In this document: positions 25,458 to 37,699 of the stretch, piece by piece
Layout: every line of letters starts with the position of its first letter
Position numbering within the stretch: position 1 is the stretch's first letter
DNA from: Lama guanicoe
Taxonomy: Eukaryota
Assembly: GCA_013239625.1 (NCBI GenBank)
Contig: MU054187.1
Span: 9,133,231 to 9,197,230, forward strand
DNA: 64,000 nucleotides
Reading direction: 5' to 3'
The notes under the pieces: model-generated
What the model was told of the DNA's origin: nothing
Databases searched by the model: none
What the model saw: only the letters and a program-made list of their open reading frames with translations
Made by a program: the position numbers and the translations under genes

Positions 25458-26245
25458 TTCAAAATCACAATGAGATACTACTTTAAACTCCCTAGGATGG
25501 TTAAAATAGAAAAGACAAAGAATAACAAGTGTTGAAGAATGTAGAGAAATTGGAACCCTAGTACACTGCTGATGAGAATGTAAAATGGTACACCACTTGG
25601 AAAAATAGTTTAGCAGTTCCTAAAATATTGAACATAGGCTTACTGTGTTTACTGTATCTTAGATATAGTGTTTAATATTTCATTTATATATACATATGTT
25701 ATATCGTGTTTAATATATGTTAGAATATGACCTAGCAATTTTACAACTAGGTATATATACAAGAGAAATGGAAACATATATCCACAGCAAAACAAATGTT
25801 CTTAGCAGCAATAATTGTTAATTATTGTGGAGAAGCAGAAACAACCCATATGTCCATCACCTGATGAATGGATAAACAGAATGTGGCACGGCCACACAAT
25901 GAAGTATTATTCAGCCATAAAAAGGAATGAGGAACTGACAAAACCTATAATACAGATGAAACTTGAAAACACGCTAAATGAAAAGAAGCCTGTCACAAAA
26001 GACCACATATTGTATAATTCCATGTATGTGAAATATCTACAATAGGCATATCAGACAGAAAGTAGATTAATGGTTGTCAAGGGCTAGGTTACTGGGTTTC
26101 CTTTAGCCCACAAAAAAGTTTTATAATTAGATGCTGGTAATGGTTTCACAACTCTGTGAATATACTAAAAACCACTGAACTGGAAACTTTAAATGGGTAA
26201 ATTTTATGGTATGTGGAGTATATCTCAACAAAGCTATAAAAAGGA
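25458..26245 (+). mobile_element. L1MB-type 3' end
   Basis: ORF2 C-terminus (KQKQPICPSPDEWINRMW...YYSAIKRNE) and 3' UTR. Confidence 0.85.
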
Positions 26246-27289
26246 AAAATAATGATATTTAACTTAGTTGCTTTACAACATCTCACCAGATAACAGAATT
26301 TCTGTCTCTCGCACAACATGAAGACACTTCCGTGTTCTTTCTTACTCTATTGACAAATTCATGTCAATATCCAGTTCTTCACCTGTTTATTAGATCCATT
26401 ACATTTCTCCCATTCTCTTAAAATAGTTCTTCATATTTATGCTAAAGTTTAATATTTATTCTACGATATGAATGTCAACTTTTAGTTAGGACAAAATAGA
26501 ATCCAAAATATCTTGGTAAAGAGGAAAATAAAAGTGAGTTATCATAACTAATGTCCTCCTGGCTTCGTATACATAGTAGGGTCTGTTATTCATCCTAATA
26601 ATTGATAAGAGAGTCAAGAGAGCAAAATATTGGACTGACCCTGTATGCATGGGACATCAAATTTTAGTTTCTAATATTTTTAGTGCAATTACCATATTTT
26701 GTAGCCTCAAACCAAATATGCAAATAAACTTAAATTAGTTGTCATTTTGGCCAAGGCAAATGTCCAACAAATGAACCATCCCAGTATAGTCCTTCAGTGA
26801 CTGCTCCACGATATCTTAGAAGACAGGGGGCTTATGGGCTGCAGCCTATCTAGCTGGGGGAGGAGACTAGAGACTACATTTGCAAAAGACTGAGGAAGCT
26901 TCAGGTGACCATTTATGTACAAGTCATATAGAAAGAGGTATGTTAACTAGGGTGGGTCAGGGAAGAGGGTAAAGGCTTTCCCCCACCCTTTTCTTGGTGC
27001 TGGCACTGGCTTGGCATTTTCTTAGTACTAGAAATAATTTTCTCCTTGTCTGTACTTCCAATGTAGAAAACTCTATACATACTCAGAAAAAGCAAACCTG
27101 AGCATGACGCTGACGCCTAAATAGTAGCCAACTAGAGCAGAAGTGGCCCTCTTAGTCAAAATAAGCTTATAACACTCTCTTAGAACTCTCACTTCTTGGA
27201 ATTGGGACAGGAGATTGAGCCAGTTACCTGTGAGGTTATATATTTGCCTAAAGTAAGTTACTATCTAAAGTAAGGAGGACAGAAAATAA

Positions 27290-28260
27290 GTTTGGAAAAG
27301 TAAGTTGAGGTTGGGTTATAGAAGGTACAGCATGCCAGGTTAAGGAGTTTGAATTGTGTCTTAGAGGTGAAAGGGAGAAATGAAAGGTTTTGAATAGGAG
27401 ACTGAAAAAACTAAAGAAATGGTGCACAGGAGAAGCTGTGGGAAGACAGACACTGAAGATAAGTCTATGCAGATTACTTCAATGGTCCTATTAAAGGGTC
27501 TAGACTAGAATGCTATAGAAAGGAGTGAAGGAGGAGGAAGAGATTTCAGAGGCACTGAAGTATAAGAGTCATGTAAGTGTGTGGCTGATTAGATATGGGA
27601 GCAGATGGGTAAGGACAAGGAACTAGACAAGCGTGAGAGTGGTATTAAATCTCAGTAGTGAGATGGCTGATGCCATAGCATAAACAGGAAGTCTGGAGGG
27701 GACACATTTTGGGACTAGGTTAGTGATTTAAATTATTGATATCACTGATGGCCAGACTTCTGAAATGAAATGCCCAGCAGGTCACTGAAGCCAGGGAACT
27801 GGAGCTGAGAAGAGGTCTTACTTATACCTTGGGTCTTTACAATGTGACAGCTGATGTTGTGAAGTTGGTCAAGATTTCTGAGGGAGGGGGTTGGGGTGGG
27901 GGTGGGGAGGAGCAGATGGCTGAGAGCTGATCCTTGTGGACCTCAACTGTCTTGGGACAGGAGTCAAGGAAGCAGCTGCCAGAGAAGGAGGCAGTATGCC
28001 AGAATCTTCATTGTTTCTCTGAACACCAGGAAGAAAAGTGTTTCGAGGAAAAAAAGCTTAGAGTAAACTATTTCAAAAGCTGCTAAGAGAATGGGAATGG
28101 AATTCAGTGAGAAGTTGAGTTTAAGTATACAGTTGCAATGGAATCCTCAGTCCAGAATTCATATAATAAGGTACTAAAGAGAGAGCAGTGACAAGAAAAT
28201 AGAAGCAGAAAGTGAGGTCACTCATAAGAATTTAGGAATGAAACAAAGAAGAAAAACAGT
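27290..28260. mobile_element. Degenerate L2 fragments
   Basis: Purine-rich L2-like text (atgccaggttaaggagtttgaattg...). Confidence 0.45.
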
Positions 28261-29029
28261 AAATTAACTAGGAGGAGTGGGAGGGATTAAAAGAAGAGTT
28301 GCCTGTTGCACCTTCTCCTCCAGTAGAGAGGAGACATGCATGTAGGAAGATGGCCAGGGGACAGCAAAAATAGTTGAAACTACTTAAAAAGAAAACAATG
28401 AGAGAGAAAGCAAGGTCCACATATTTCGACAGTTTTCCATTTCTGTTAGCCAGAGTTGCTTCTTTAAGCCAGTCTTGCAAGGGAACCCTAATATGTAAAA
28501 CAAATAAAAGTAGAGTTGCTCTGTTGAAGGGGTGTGTGTGTTGGTTGGGAGGTGCTGCCTTGGCGTTTGGTTTATTCTGTGGAAAATCAACAACATGCCT
28601 TATCTCCTTTGGCTCCCACATCAGTGGAGAAGGCATTTCTCCTGTTCCTGGGTGACACCTGAGGAAACTGATTTAGAGTGGCTTAGTGACTTACTCAAAG
28701 TCACACAATCAGTATAAGGCAGAGTCAAGATTAGAACCCAGATCTCACAGCCCCAAATCCCTGCTCTTGCTGATATACCGCTCAAATGCCTTGTTCTTTC
28801 TCCTACAGCACACTATCTTCCTTTGAAGAACCAGGAGCAGCAAAAAGAAAATAAAGTTTTGGGGAAAATATATGGTAAATAATAATCCAATAAAACCAGC
28901 TCATTTATCTTACCAGATGCCCTAAGAAGGAGCATATTTTAGGATGGAGTTGCAGTCCCACAGCATCTTTAAAAAATGATTCCTTATTGAAAAATGTGAT
29001 TTGTCTTCTTTTCAGAAGAGACAGGCATT

Positions 29030-29680
29030 TCTGGTGGGAATGTAAAATGGTGCAGCCAAAGTGGAAAACAGTGTGGTAGTTCCTCAAAAAATTAAATATA
29101 TTAATAATAATTACTATATGACCCAGCAATCCCATTCTGGGTGTAGACCCGTAAGCTGGGACTTAAAAGGATATTTGCACACCAGTGTTCGTGGCAATAT
29201 TATTCACAATCGCCAAAAGGTAGAAACAACCCCAAAGTTCATTAATGGGGGAATAGACTACACAAAATGTGGCAAAGACATACATATAGATGAGATGTTG
29301 TTTAGTTTAAAAAAAATAAAATTCTGATACAGGCTACAATATGGATGAACCTTAAAGACATTATGCTAAGTGAAATAAGTCAGACACAAAAGCACAAACA
29401 TAGTATGATTCTACTTGTACGAAGCACTCAAAATAGTAAAATTCATGGAATCAGAAAGTAGAATAGTGGTTGCCGGGGCTGAGGGAGGAAGCATGGAGAG
29501 TTACTGTTATTTAATGAGTACAGAGTTGCTGTTTGGGATGATGAAAACCTTCTGGAGATAAACAGTAGTGATGGTTGCACAAGAATATGAATATACTTAA
29601 TACCAATGAATTTATACTTAAAAATGATTAAAATGGTACATTTTAGGTTATGTATATTTTACCACAATAAACAAAAAGAG
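29030..29680 (+). mobile_element. L1MB-type 3' end
   Basis: ggtgggaatgtaaaatggtgcagcc...tatatattttaccacaataa-like 3' terminus. Confidence 0.85.
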
Positions 29681-29896
29681 GAGGAATTTTATTCTTTGTT
29701 AGCTTCCTGATATATTTAGCACAATTTCTTTGCTTCCATAATCACTGTTTTAGTTGAAAAGCGAGACAAACTTTGCTTTTCCTTGCAGTAGGCATGCTTT
29801 TGCTCATCTTTAGTTTTTCTTAGCATTCCTGAGAGACCCTCAAATGAATGATCATCAAACCTCTGGTAATAAGAATGACTCCTACCAGATTTTTCC

Positions 29897-30265
29897 TTTT
29901 TTTTTCTTTTTTCAACATTTTGGGTTTTTAAAATTTTTAATGACATTTATTGTTTTCTAATTTTATTTTGTCCCCATTTTGACTGCTTTTGATATTTCAC
30001 AATTTTATTTTATATATATATATATATATATATACATAATTGAAGTACAGTCAGTTACAATATGTCAATTTCTGGTATACAGCATAATGTCCCAGTTATG
30101 CATATACATACATATATTCTTTTTCATTAAAGGTTATTACAAGATATTGAATATAGTTCCCTGTGCTATACAGAAGAAATTTGTTTTTTCATCTATTTTT
30201 ATATATAGTGGTTAACATTTGCAAATCTCAAACTTCTAAATTTATCCCCTCCCATCCCCTCTTCT
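29897..30265 (-). mobile_element. Short camelid L1 3' end with extra 3' tail, bounded by TSD
   Basis: 3' UTR homologous to 19330-19545; TSD taccagatttttcc (29883-29896) / tactagatttttcc (30266-30279). Confidence 0.8.
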
Positions 30266-30479
30266 TACTAGATTTTTCCATCTTACCTAGATTTTTCTAG
30301 ACGTATGTTTCTTATTTCTGGGTCAATGAATATAAATGAAATCAAACAATAAAAGTCCCAGATTTTATGTTCTTCTTCCAGGAAGCCTGGAGTCTTACTA
30401 AGATACATCCCCATATTAGCTAACTCTTGTTCTGACTAACAGCAGTTTGATGATATTAGCAAACTTGGCAGATCCTCTA

Positions 30480-30652
30480 GACCTTTGCTACTAAAACTGC
30501 GGTTTATGGACCAGCTGATACAGCTTTACCCGGGAGCTTGTTAGAAATGCTTAATCTTGTGTATCATGCCAGACCTACTGAATCAAAATCTGTATTTTAA
30601 CAAATCCTCAAGTGTTTCCGATGCATGTTTAATGTCTGTGAAGCACTGGTCT
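30480..30652. mobile_element. MER5A-like hAT MITE
   Basis: gggagcttgttagaaatgc...ccagacctactgaatcaaaatctgtattttaacaa. Confidence 0.8.
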
Positions 30653-30834
30653 ACCCTGCTTTCTTAAATGCAACACAGATATTTTTCTCCTTGGAGAAAG
30701 AGAGCTCGAAGTAGGGCACAAACATTGATTGCAGATCTGCTGTGTAATAAGCACTATAGTAAGAGAATCACCAATGTTACATCAATTAATAGTTAAAATA
30801 ACAATAGAGGTATAATTTATTGCCCCCAAGTAGC

Positions 30835-31240
30835 AGTTAAAAAAAACCGAGGCTCAGTTGGCCCACTGTCACCCAGCTAGGAAGTGCCAAGACTGGCATT
30901 TGACTTCTGGTGTTTCTAACTCCAAAGCTTTTTCTGTTACACCAAGCTACATTTTAAGCATATGAAAGAGGGCATTCTAAAACCTTTTAGAATGAAGTAT
31001 TACCTAAGACTTTCACTAAGGAAAACACAGCATGAGTCAGAATCATAAAACTATAAATATTGAACATTTATTTTATCATTGCAACGTGCTTTCCTTTGTT
31101 AATCCTCACAATAACCAGGTGAGGCAAAAATTATCTCCATTCTGTAAACAAAAAAGCTGAAGCTCAGAGTAGCTAAAGCTTTGTCCACAGTTATAAAGCA
31201 GTGAGTCAGAACTGGAATTAAGGTGAGACAGCTTGACTGT
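30835..31240. mobile_element. MIR fragments
   Basis: aatcctcacaataaccaggtgagg...tctccattctgtaaac...gctgaagctcagagt. Confidence 0.6.
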
Positions 31241-31479
31241 TGACTGCCAATACCCTGACAGTCTACTCTCTGAAGTCATTTAGATACTTAGAAAGCCAAG
31301 GTAACTCTTTTCCAGCTGTTGGTTGTTGCAGTTTGTAGCCAGCTGGTCGCTATGGTGCATTCAACTTTCCCTAATGTGACTAAATGAAACCACATGGAAC
31401 CCACCCATGCATTAGCAGCTGGCGTTGCCCTGCACTATCCACCAATATGTAGTCATTTGTGGGGTCTTGTGATCACATT

Positions 31480-31985
31480 GTCATCTTCAAAGCTGAGCAT
31501 GATGTGACCCTTAGTCTTCCTGCTGATTCTCTCTCATCTCCTGTGACTTGTCCCTGAGCTCTGGATGCCGAGCCACCCCAGCGTTCTTGCATCACTCCCT
31601 AGAATAGGCTGTGCCCCTTCCAAACTCAAGCCCTTTGCACAGCTATTCCCTTGGCTTCGCACACTCACTCTCCTCTTTGCTGACATTTTTTCATTCATTC
31701 TTCGGATTTCAACCTTCACTTCACTTCACTTTCTCAGGGAAGCTTTCCCCACCCCCCTAGTCTAGCTCAGGCTCCCCTGTTGGAGACTCTCCACCATGGC
31801 ACTTACCGTAAGTGTAATTTATTAATTACTTGGTTAATTGTTTCTTCAAGGTATAACTTCCTCCACTGAACTGTGAGTTCTGAGAAGGCAGAACCATTAA
31901 GTATTTTATACTATTCTCTCCTGGCACACATGCCTAGCACATAATTAATGTCCAATAAATATCTGTTGAATTAATCAATGGATAT
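31480..31985 (+). mobile_element. L2 3' end
   Basis: cctttgcacagctattccc...ctgtgagttctgagaaggcag...aataaatatctgttgaattaatcaatg. Confidence 0.7.
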
Positions 31986-33177
31986 CAATGTCTGAAAATA
32001 TTTTTGTACCCTGTAAAGTTTTATGTAAGTGGTATTGCTATACTCATTATTTGTACTCTCATTACTTAAAATTTATCTTATATTTTAGTGATATTGATGA
32101 TAAATAATAATTTTTTACATGTTAAATTAATTGTAATACATTTTATTTTATTTAAATAGCTTAGCCTAACTTTGGCCAGTCTTGTGGTTTTATATGACAT
32201 GCATAGGAAGGGCAAACGTTAACCAGGCAAAGGCAGGCAGATTTTCATTCAACTGTGACAGGAATCCTAAGTAGATGAGATGAGACGCCACACCCAACCT
32301 CTTACCCATAAGATGGCAAGTCAATTCTAAGAGATTCACACTCAAGCCAGAAGAGTTCTGGCAATCCTGGTAATACTCGTTCCCAAGAGAAAGTATGTGT
32401 TTGCAGACAAATGTGTTTGGGGTGGTTTTTTTTTCAGTCAGAAAATGTAGATCATGTTACATGAGACGCTTCCAACTTCTGCCATAGCTGCCAAGATATT
32501 AGATAAATTCTGTGTCCAACTTTTAACTCTTCATAGCCTGGCATTCTCTACTTTTCTGCTCTTTTTCAATTACTTTGGTCCTGTTTTTATTCCTAATTGT
32601 ACTGTTTTACACTGTACTAAGAAATCCGGAGTCCTTTTGGGCAGCAGGCATGATAAAAACCTATATATATATATGGGTCTAACCCGAGTTATCAGCAGCT
32701 CAAGAAGTAATGGTGTTTTAACGGAGGAGCTGGCAAAAATTAGGCTATTATCTTTACTACAGTAATGGAATTCAGACATTGCGGCATTGGGGTTGGAGAA
32801 ATATATTATGCATTAAGCTTTCTTTAGTGTTCCTCAAGTTAAAATCATATATAACTCCCTGTTTTGACTAAGATGAGGTTATCTTTAACACAGACTCTCT
32901 AAGACTAGTCACTACTTTTCAGCTCATGGTATAAATTCAATACTGTGTGAGAAAGCACTTTGTAAACATTATTTAGTAGAGGTTCTATGTAAAGTTCTAG
33001 GCTACATAATCAAGCATAATTCTATGGTTGTAATTATTCTTACTCTTATTACATAAAAAGCCATTTAAAAATGTAAATGTATTGAATCTTGAATATTGAA
33101 CCTGGGCATTTTGAGCATCTTAAATAGCTGTACACTAGCTTCTTTCATTTTAAGCAAATAATTTTCTTTTGCTAGCA

Positions 33178-33340
33178 AAATAATAATAGCTAACATTTAT
33201 AAAGAGTTTATTGTATGCCAAGCACTGTTAAGTTTCTTATGTAAATGATCTCATATAATCCTCACAATCCTAAGAAAAGAACCACTATTATTTTCACCCT
33301 CATTTTAAGATGAGAGGAGAGGTTAGGTAACTTACTTAGT
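33178..33340. mobile_element. MIR
   Basis: taataatagctaacattta...tatgccaagcactgtt...aatcctcacaa. Confidence 0.65.
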
Positions 33341-35079
33341 AAAGTTTGATGTTTGTTAAATACAAACCAGGGTGATGTTCACAGCCTTTAACAGTAGTTA
33401 CGGCAAGTAGTTATGGCAAGGACACTTGTCAGTCAGAAAGGACACAGACGGTAGCCCTGCAAGGTTCAGAAGGCCAGTAACATTTAGTTCTTGGATTACT
33501 GGCCAGTCTAGGGGTTGGGGAGGTGGGATCAGATAGACTGGGAATTTAGCTGAATATCAGCTCTAAACATAAAACAAGACATTTGTGTGGAAGTAGATGG
33601 AGCATGAGACTGAGAATTCAATGCAGCAGATACCTTACTCTGCACCAGACACTAAGGAAGCCCCTCGGGGTAGAACAGGAACGAGGAAGATGTAATCTGT
33701 CATCTCAAGGCGCTTAAAATTGGAAGACCTGAGATTTGGTCTTGGATCTGATTTGGGGAGCTGGGTGACCTTGATAAAGTCACTAGGATTCTTGGAGCTT
33801 CTTGGAAAATGGATTCATTTCCTAATACAACTCAGGGTGGGCAGCAGGGTGACTGATTTTTAAATCATTAGTGATCACTTCTAAAAGATGTGCAACTTCC
33901 TTCGCATTCACGTCATGTCGCATTTAGCTGATGTTGGTCTCTTTTTTGGTGGCACTGTGATAGTCTGAATTTGAAACTCTACAAAGCAGTAAAATTGATT
34001 CAAACTGTTAAATAATTTAGACTAACTACACCCTAAACACAAATATGTAATTATGTAAATTGGTTATTGACATTAGAATGTAACTGTTTACCCAATGAAA
34101 GCTAAAGGTGTTCTCTAATGAAAGTCTTTTAAATTCGTGCTGATATTTGCACAGTTGAGATGCCATAATTATGTTCAAATGAATTCCTGGTACTTCAGGG
34201 AACACGTGACTATAGAAAATAATAACGTTGCTGTAATTATTTTCAGTGTTTATTTAATGATGTAATGGTTTATGCAGTGTTAATGTTCAGATGCAATGGA
34301 TTGTTAATGATGTGATTACTGAAAACAGTTAACTATGTGATCATTAAAAATCTGTGACTGACAATCTAATTTTTGTTGCATTATGCTAAAGCAATAATTT
34401 TTCACAAGTTGGATAATAAATATTGTGTTACTTTCATACAGGATTCATCATCTGTATAAACATGCTGGGACAGGACTTTCCAAGGTTCATGTCTGGTGTG
34501 CACTCAGAATGCACAGACTCTGGTATTTATCATCCATCCTCATAGGAATACATATTTCTGAGTGTTGTTAGCAACTGAATTTCAGTAAGTGAAGCAACAG
34601 AAACTAGAAAGATGGGTAAACAGAGCAGAAGGCCAACATAATTTCATCTTCCAGGACCAATTCTTTTCCTACCTGTAGCACTGAGAAAGCGTGCTACTCC
34701 ACACATTTGTTGTATTACTCTAAGGCCTGAGTGAACTCTATTCAACCAAAGCTTCCAGGAAACAGCTACACTTTTTTCAACTACTGAACAGGACTGCGTT
34801 GTCTAAATCATCAAGGCACCCGCCACTTGGAGCTGGACATCTGTATGTTTAGAGTTAAGAGACTAAAGTAGTCTTCTATCATTGTGTATGAATACACCCA
34901 TGGAAGAGGCCATTCAGTTTTGCTTGTGACAGGACAGTTCATGGTGTAGTGCTGCATGTGGCAAAGTTGGAAAGTGTCTAGGATCCAAAGTCAGGTGGAC
35001 CTGGGTTCAGATCATGGCTCTGAAACAGCTGTGACTGTGATCAGGATGTGTATTCTCTGCAAATCTCAGTTACTTTAGA

Positions 35080-35245
35080 CCTGGGTTTCTCAACAGTGGC
35101 ACTACTGACATTTGGATAATTCTTTATTGTGGGGAATGTTCCAGGCATTGTAGGATGTTTGGCATCTCTACCCACTAGATGCCAGTAGAAGTTCCCACCA
35201 GTCATGAGAATCAAAAACATCTTCAGACATTGCACATCATCCCTA
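35080..35245. mobile_element. MER20 hAT element
   Basis: ggtttctcaacagtggcactactgacatttgg...cattgtaggatgttt...cccactagatgccagtag. Confidence 0.8.
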
Positions 35246-35301
35246 GCTCAGTATCACGGCTTCAGATATTAAATTATGAATCACAGAACCCACTTCATAG
35301 G

Positions 35302-35515
35302 TGTGGTAAGCAGAATAGTAGCCCCTGAACATGTCCATATTCTAATGCTTGGAACCTATGACAATGTTACCTTACACAGTAAAGGGGGATTAAGGTTGCA
35401 GATGGAACTAAGGTTGCTAATCAGCTGACCTTAAAATATGGGGAGATTATTCCAGATTATCTGGGGGGACCCAACATAATTGCAAGTATCATAAGTGAAA
35501 GGGTGAAGCAGAAGC
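35302..35515 (+). mobile_element. MLT1D-like LTR, 5' part
   Basis: tgtggtaagcagaata...attaaggttgcagatggaactaaggttgctaatcagctgacc. Confidence 0.75.
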
Positions 35516-35659
35516 AATTAAAGTAATTATTGATATGTTAGTGTTTAAGTCTACATTTTACTATTTGTTTGTTTTACAATACATTGAACTCCACATTAGA
35601 CAGCGTTATGCTTTTTACTTTCATCATCAAAATGATTTAAGAGAAACATGAGGGATAAG

Positions 35660-36465
35660 GATAACAATGGAGTAAATTGAGAGTCCATACATAAACCCTG
35701 ACATTTATAGTTAATTGATTTTCAACAAGGGTGCCAAGATAATTCAAATAGGAGAAAAATAGTCTTTTCAACCAATGGTGCTGGAACAACAGGATATCCA
35801 TATGCAAAAGAAGGAAGTGGGACCCTTACCTTGCACCACAAAAACTAACATTTCTCCAAAGAAGATACACAAGTGACCAACAAGCACAGGGAAAGAAGCT
35901 CAGCATCATTAATCATTAGGGAAATGCAAATCAAAACCACAGTGAGATCTCAACTAAGATGCCTATAATCAAAAAGTCAGACCATAAAGAGAGTTGGCAA
36001 GAATATGAAGAAACTGGAACCCTTCCACATTGCTATCAGGAATGTAAAATAATCCACAATTGGACTAAAATTTTGATCCATGATTGGTTAAATCCACAGA
36101 CATGAAACCTGGGGATATGAAGGGTTGACTTTATCTATGCACACTAAAACATGGATGAATTTTGAAAACAGAAGCCATCCATTAAAAAAAAAAAAAAGAA
36201 GCCATCCATAAAAGGATATGTATCATATGATCTAATTTGTATGAAACATCTGGAATAAGGGAATCCATAGAGACAGAAAGTAGATTAGTGGTTGCTAGCA
36301 GCTAAGCGGTGGGAGTAGGGAAGAGAGTGTGACTGTCAATAGGTATGGGGTTTCTGCTGGGGAGATAAAGATAACCTGGATTTAGATAGTGGTGATGGTT
36401 ACACAACTTTGTGACTATACTAAGAATCACTGAATTGTACACTTTAATACAGTAAATTTAAAAAA
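35660..36465 (+). mobile_element. L1MB fragments with an embedded MER2/Tigger terminal fragment (~36070-36130)
   Basis: ttcaacaagggtgccaag...; ttttgatccatgattggttaaatccacagacatgaaacc resembles the MER2 end. Confidence 0.7.
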
Positions 36466-36469
36466 AGTA

Positions 36470-37640
36470 TGAGGATAATCTATTATAATTACCCCTATCT
36501 TTATTCCTTCTGATGTCCTTTCATTCCTCTCTGAAATTCCAAGCCTTCTTGTGTTATCACTTCTTTACTGTTTAGAGAACTTCAGCTACTCTTTAAGGGT
36601 GGGGTTTTTTTTTAGCAAAGAAATTCTTTAGTTTTCCTTTGTTTGAAAATGTCTTCATTTCCGAAGGATATTTTTGACAGATATAAAATTCAAGGCTGAC
36701 ACTTCCTTTCTATCAGTACTTGAAAAAGGTGCCACATCTTTATGACCTCCACGGTTTCAGATGTGAAATCTGCTGTTACTCAAATTGGTATACCCCTGTA
36801 AATACTGCATCATTTCTCTCTGGCTGCTTTCAAGGTTTTTTTTCCCCTCTGTTTTTAGTTTTCAGAAGATTAATTTTAATATGCTTGATGGGAATGTATT
36901 TGGTTTTATCCTATTTGGGGATTTCTCAACTTCATGAATCTGCAAGTTTATATTTCCCCAAACATTTTGGGTGAAGTTTGCAGCCCCTTTTTCAATTTTT
37001 TTTTTATTTTTTTAGTCTCACTCTCCCTTTTCTCTCATTCCAGGACTTCAGTTAGCCAAATTTAACTTTTGTGTTATTGTCCCATAGCTTCCTGATACTG
37101 TTGTTTTCAGCTTATTTTCTCTGTTTTTCAGTTAGGATAAATTTTGCTGATATGTTTTTTTATTCTCTGTCATCACTCTACTATTAAATTCGTCCCCTGA
37201 GCTTTTTACTTCTGTTATTGTATTTTTCAGTTCTATCATTTTGGGGGTTTTTATGACTTTTTTGTGAGATTTTCTGTATTTTCATTTGTTTCAGGAGAAC
37301 TTGTAACCTTTTTGAAGTACTTTTATGATGGTTGCTTTAAAATCCTCGTCAGATAATTCTAACAGTGTTGGAATGGGTAAACAAATGCAGTAAACACTAT
37401 TGGATAAAAAGTGTTGGCATCTTTTTATTGTTTATTCTTATTTAAGTTGTGATTTTCATAGTTCTTTATATAATAAGTAATTTTCAGTTGTATCCCGGAC
37501 ATTTGGGATATTATATTAGAGTCCAGATTCTACTTAACCTTCTTTTTAAGCAGCAGTCTTCCTTTGAGGTATATCATGGGTAGGTAAGTGTGCTGGTTCA
37601 GCTTACCATTGAGCCCCACTGACAGCTTTCTTGATGAAAA
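36470..37640 (-). mobile_element. Old L1M ORF1-region fragment
   Basis: T-rich antisense L1 text. Confidence 0.6.
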
Positions 37641-37699
37641 AAAGTGGGGCACTAACCTGCACCACCTTGTCTCCAGTTTGGAGAAAGAGTGTCAACTCT

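Noticed and set aside
32454..32765. 103-aa ATG ORF in unique sequence
   Set aside because: No recognisable homology; length within chance expectation.
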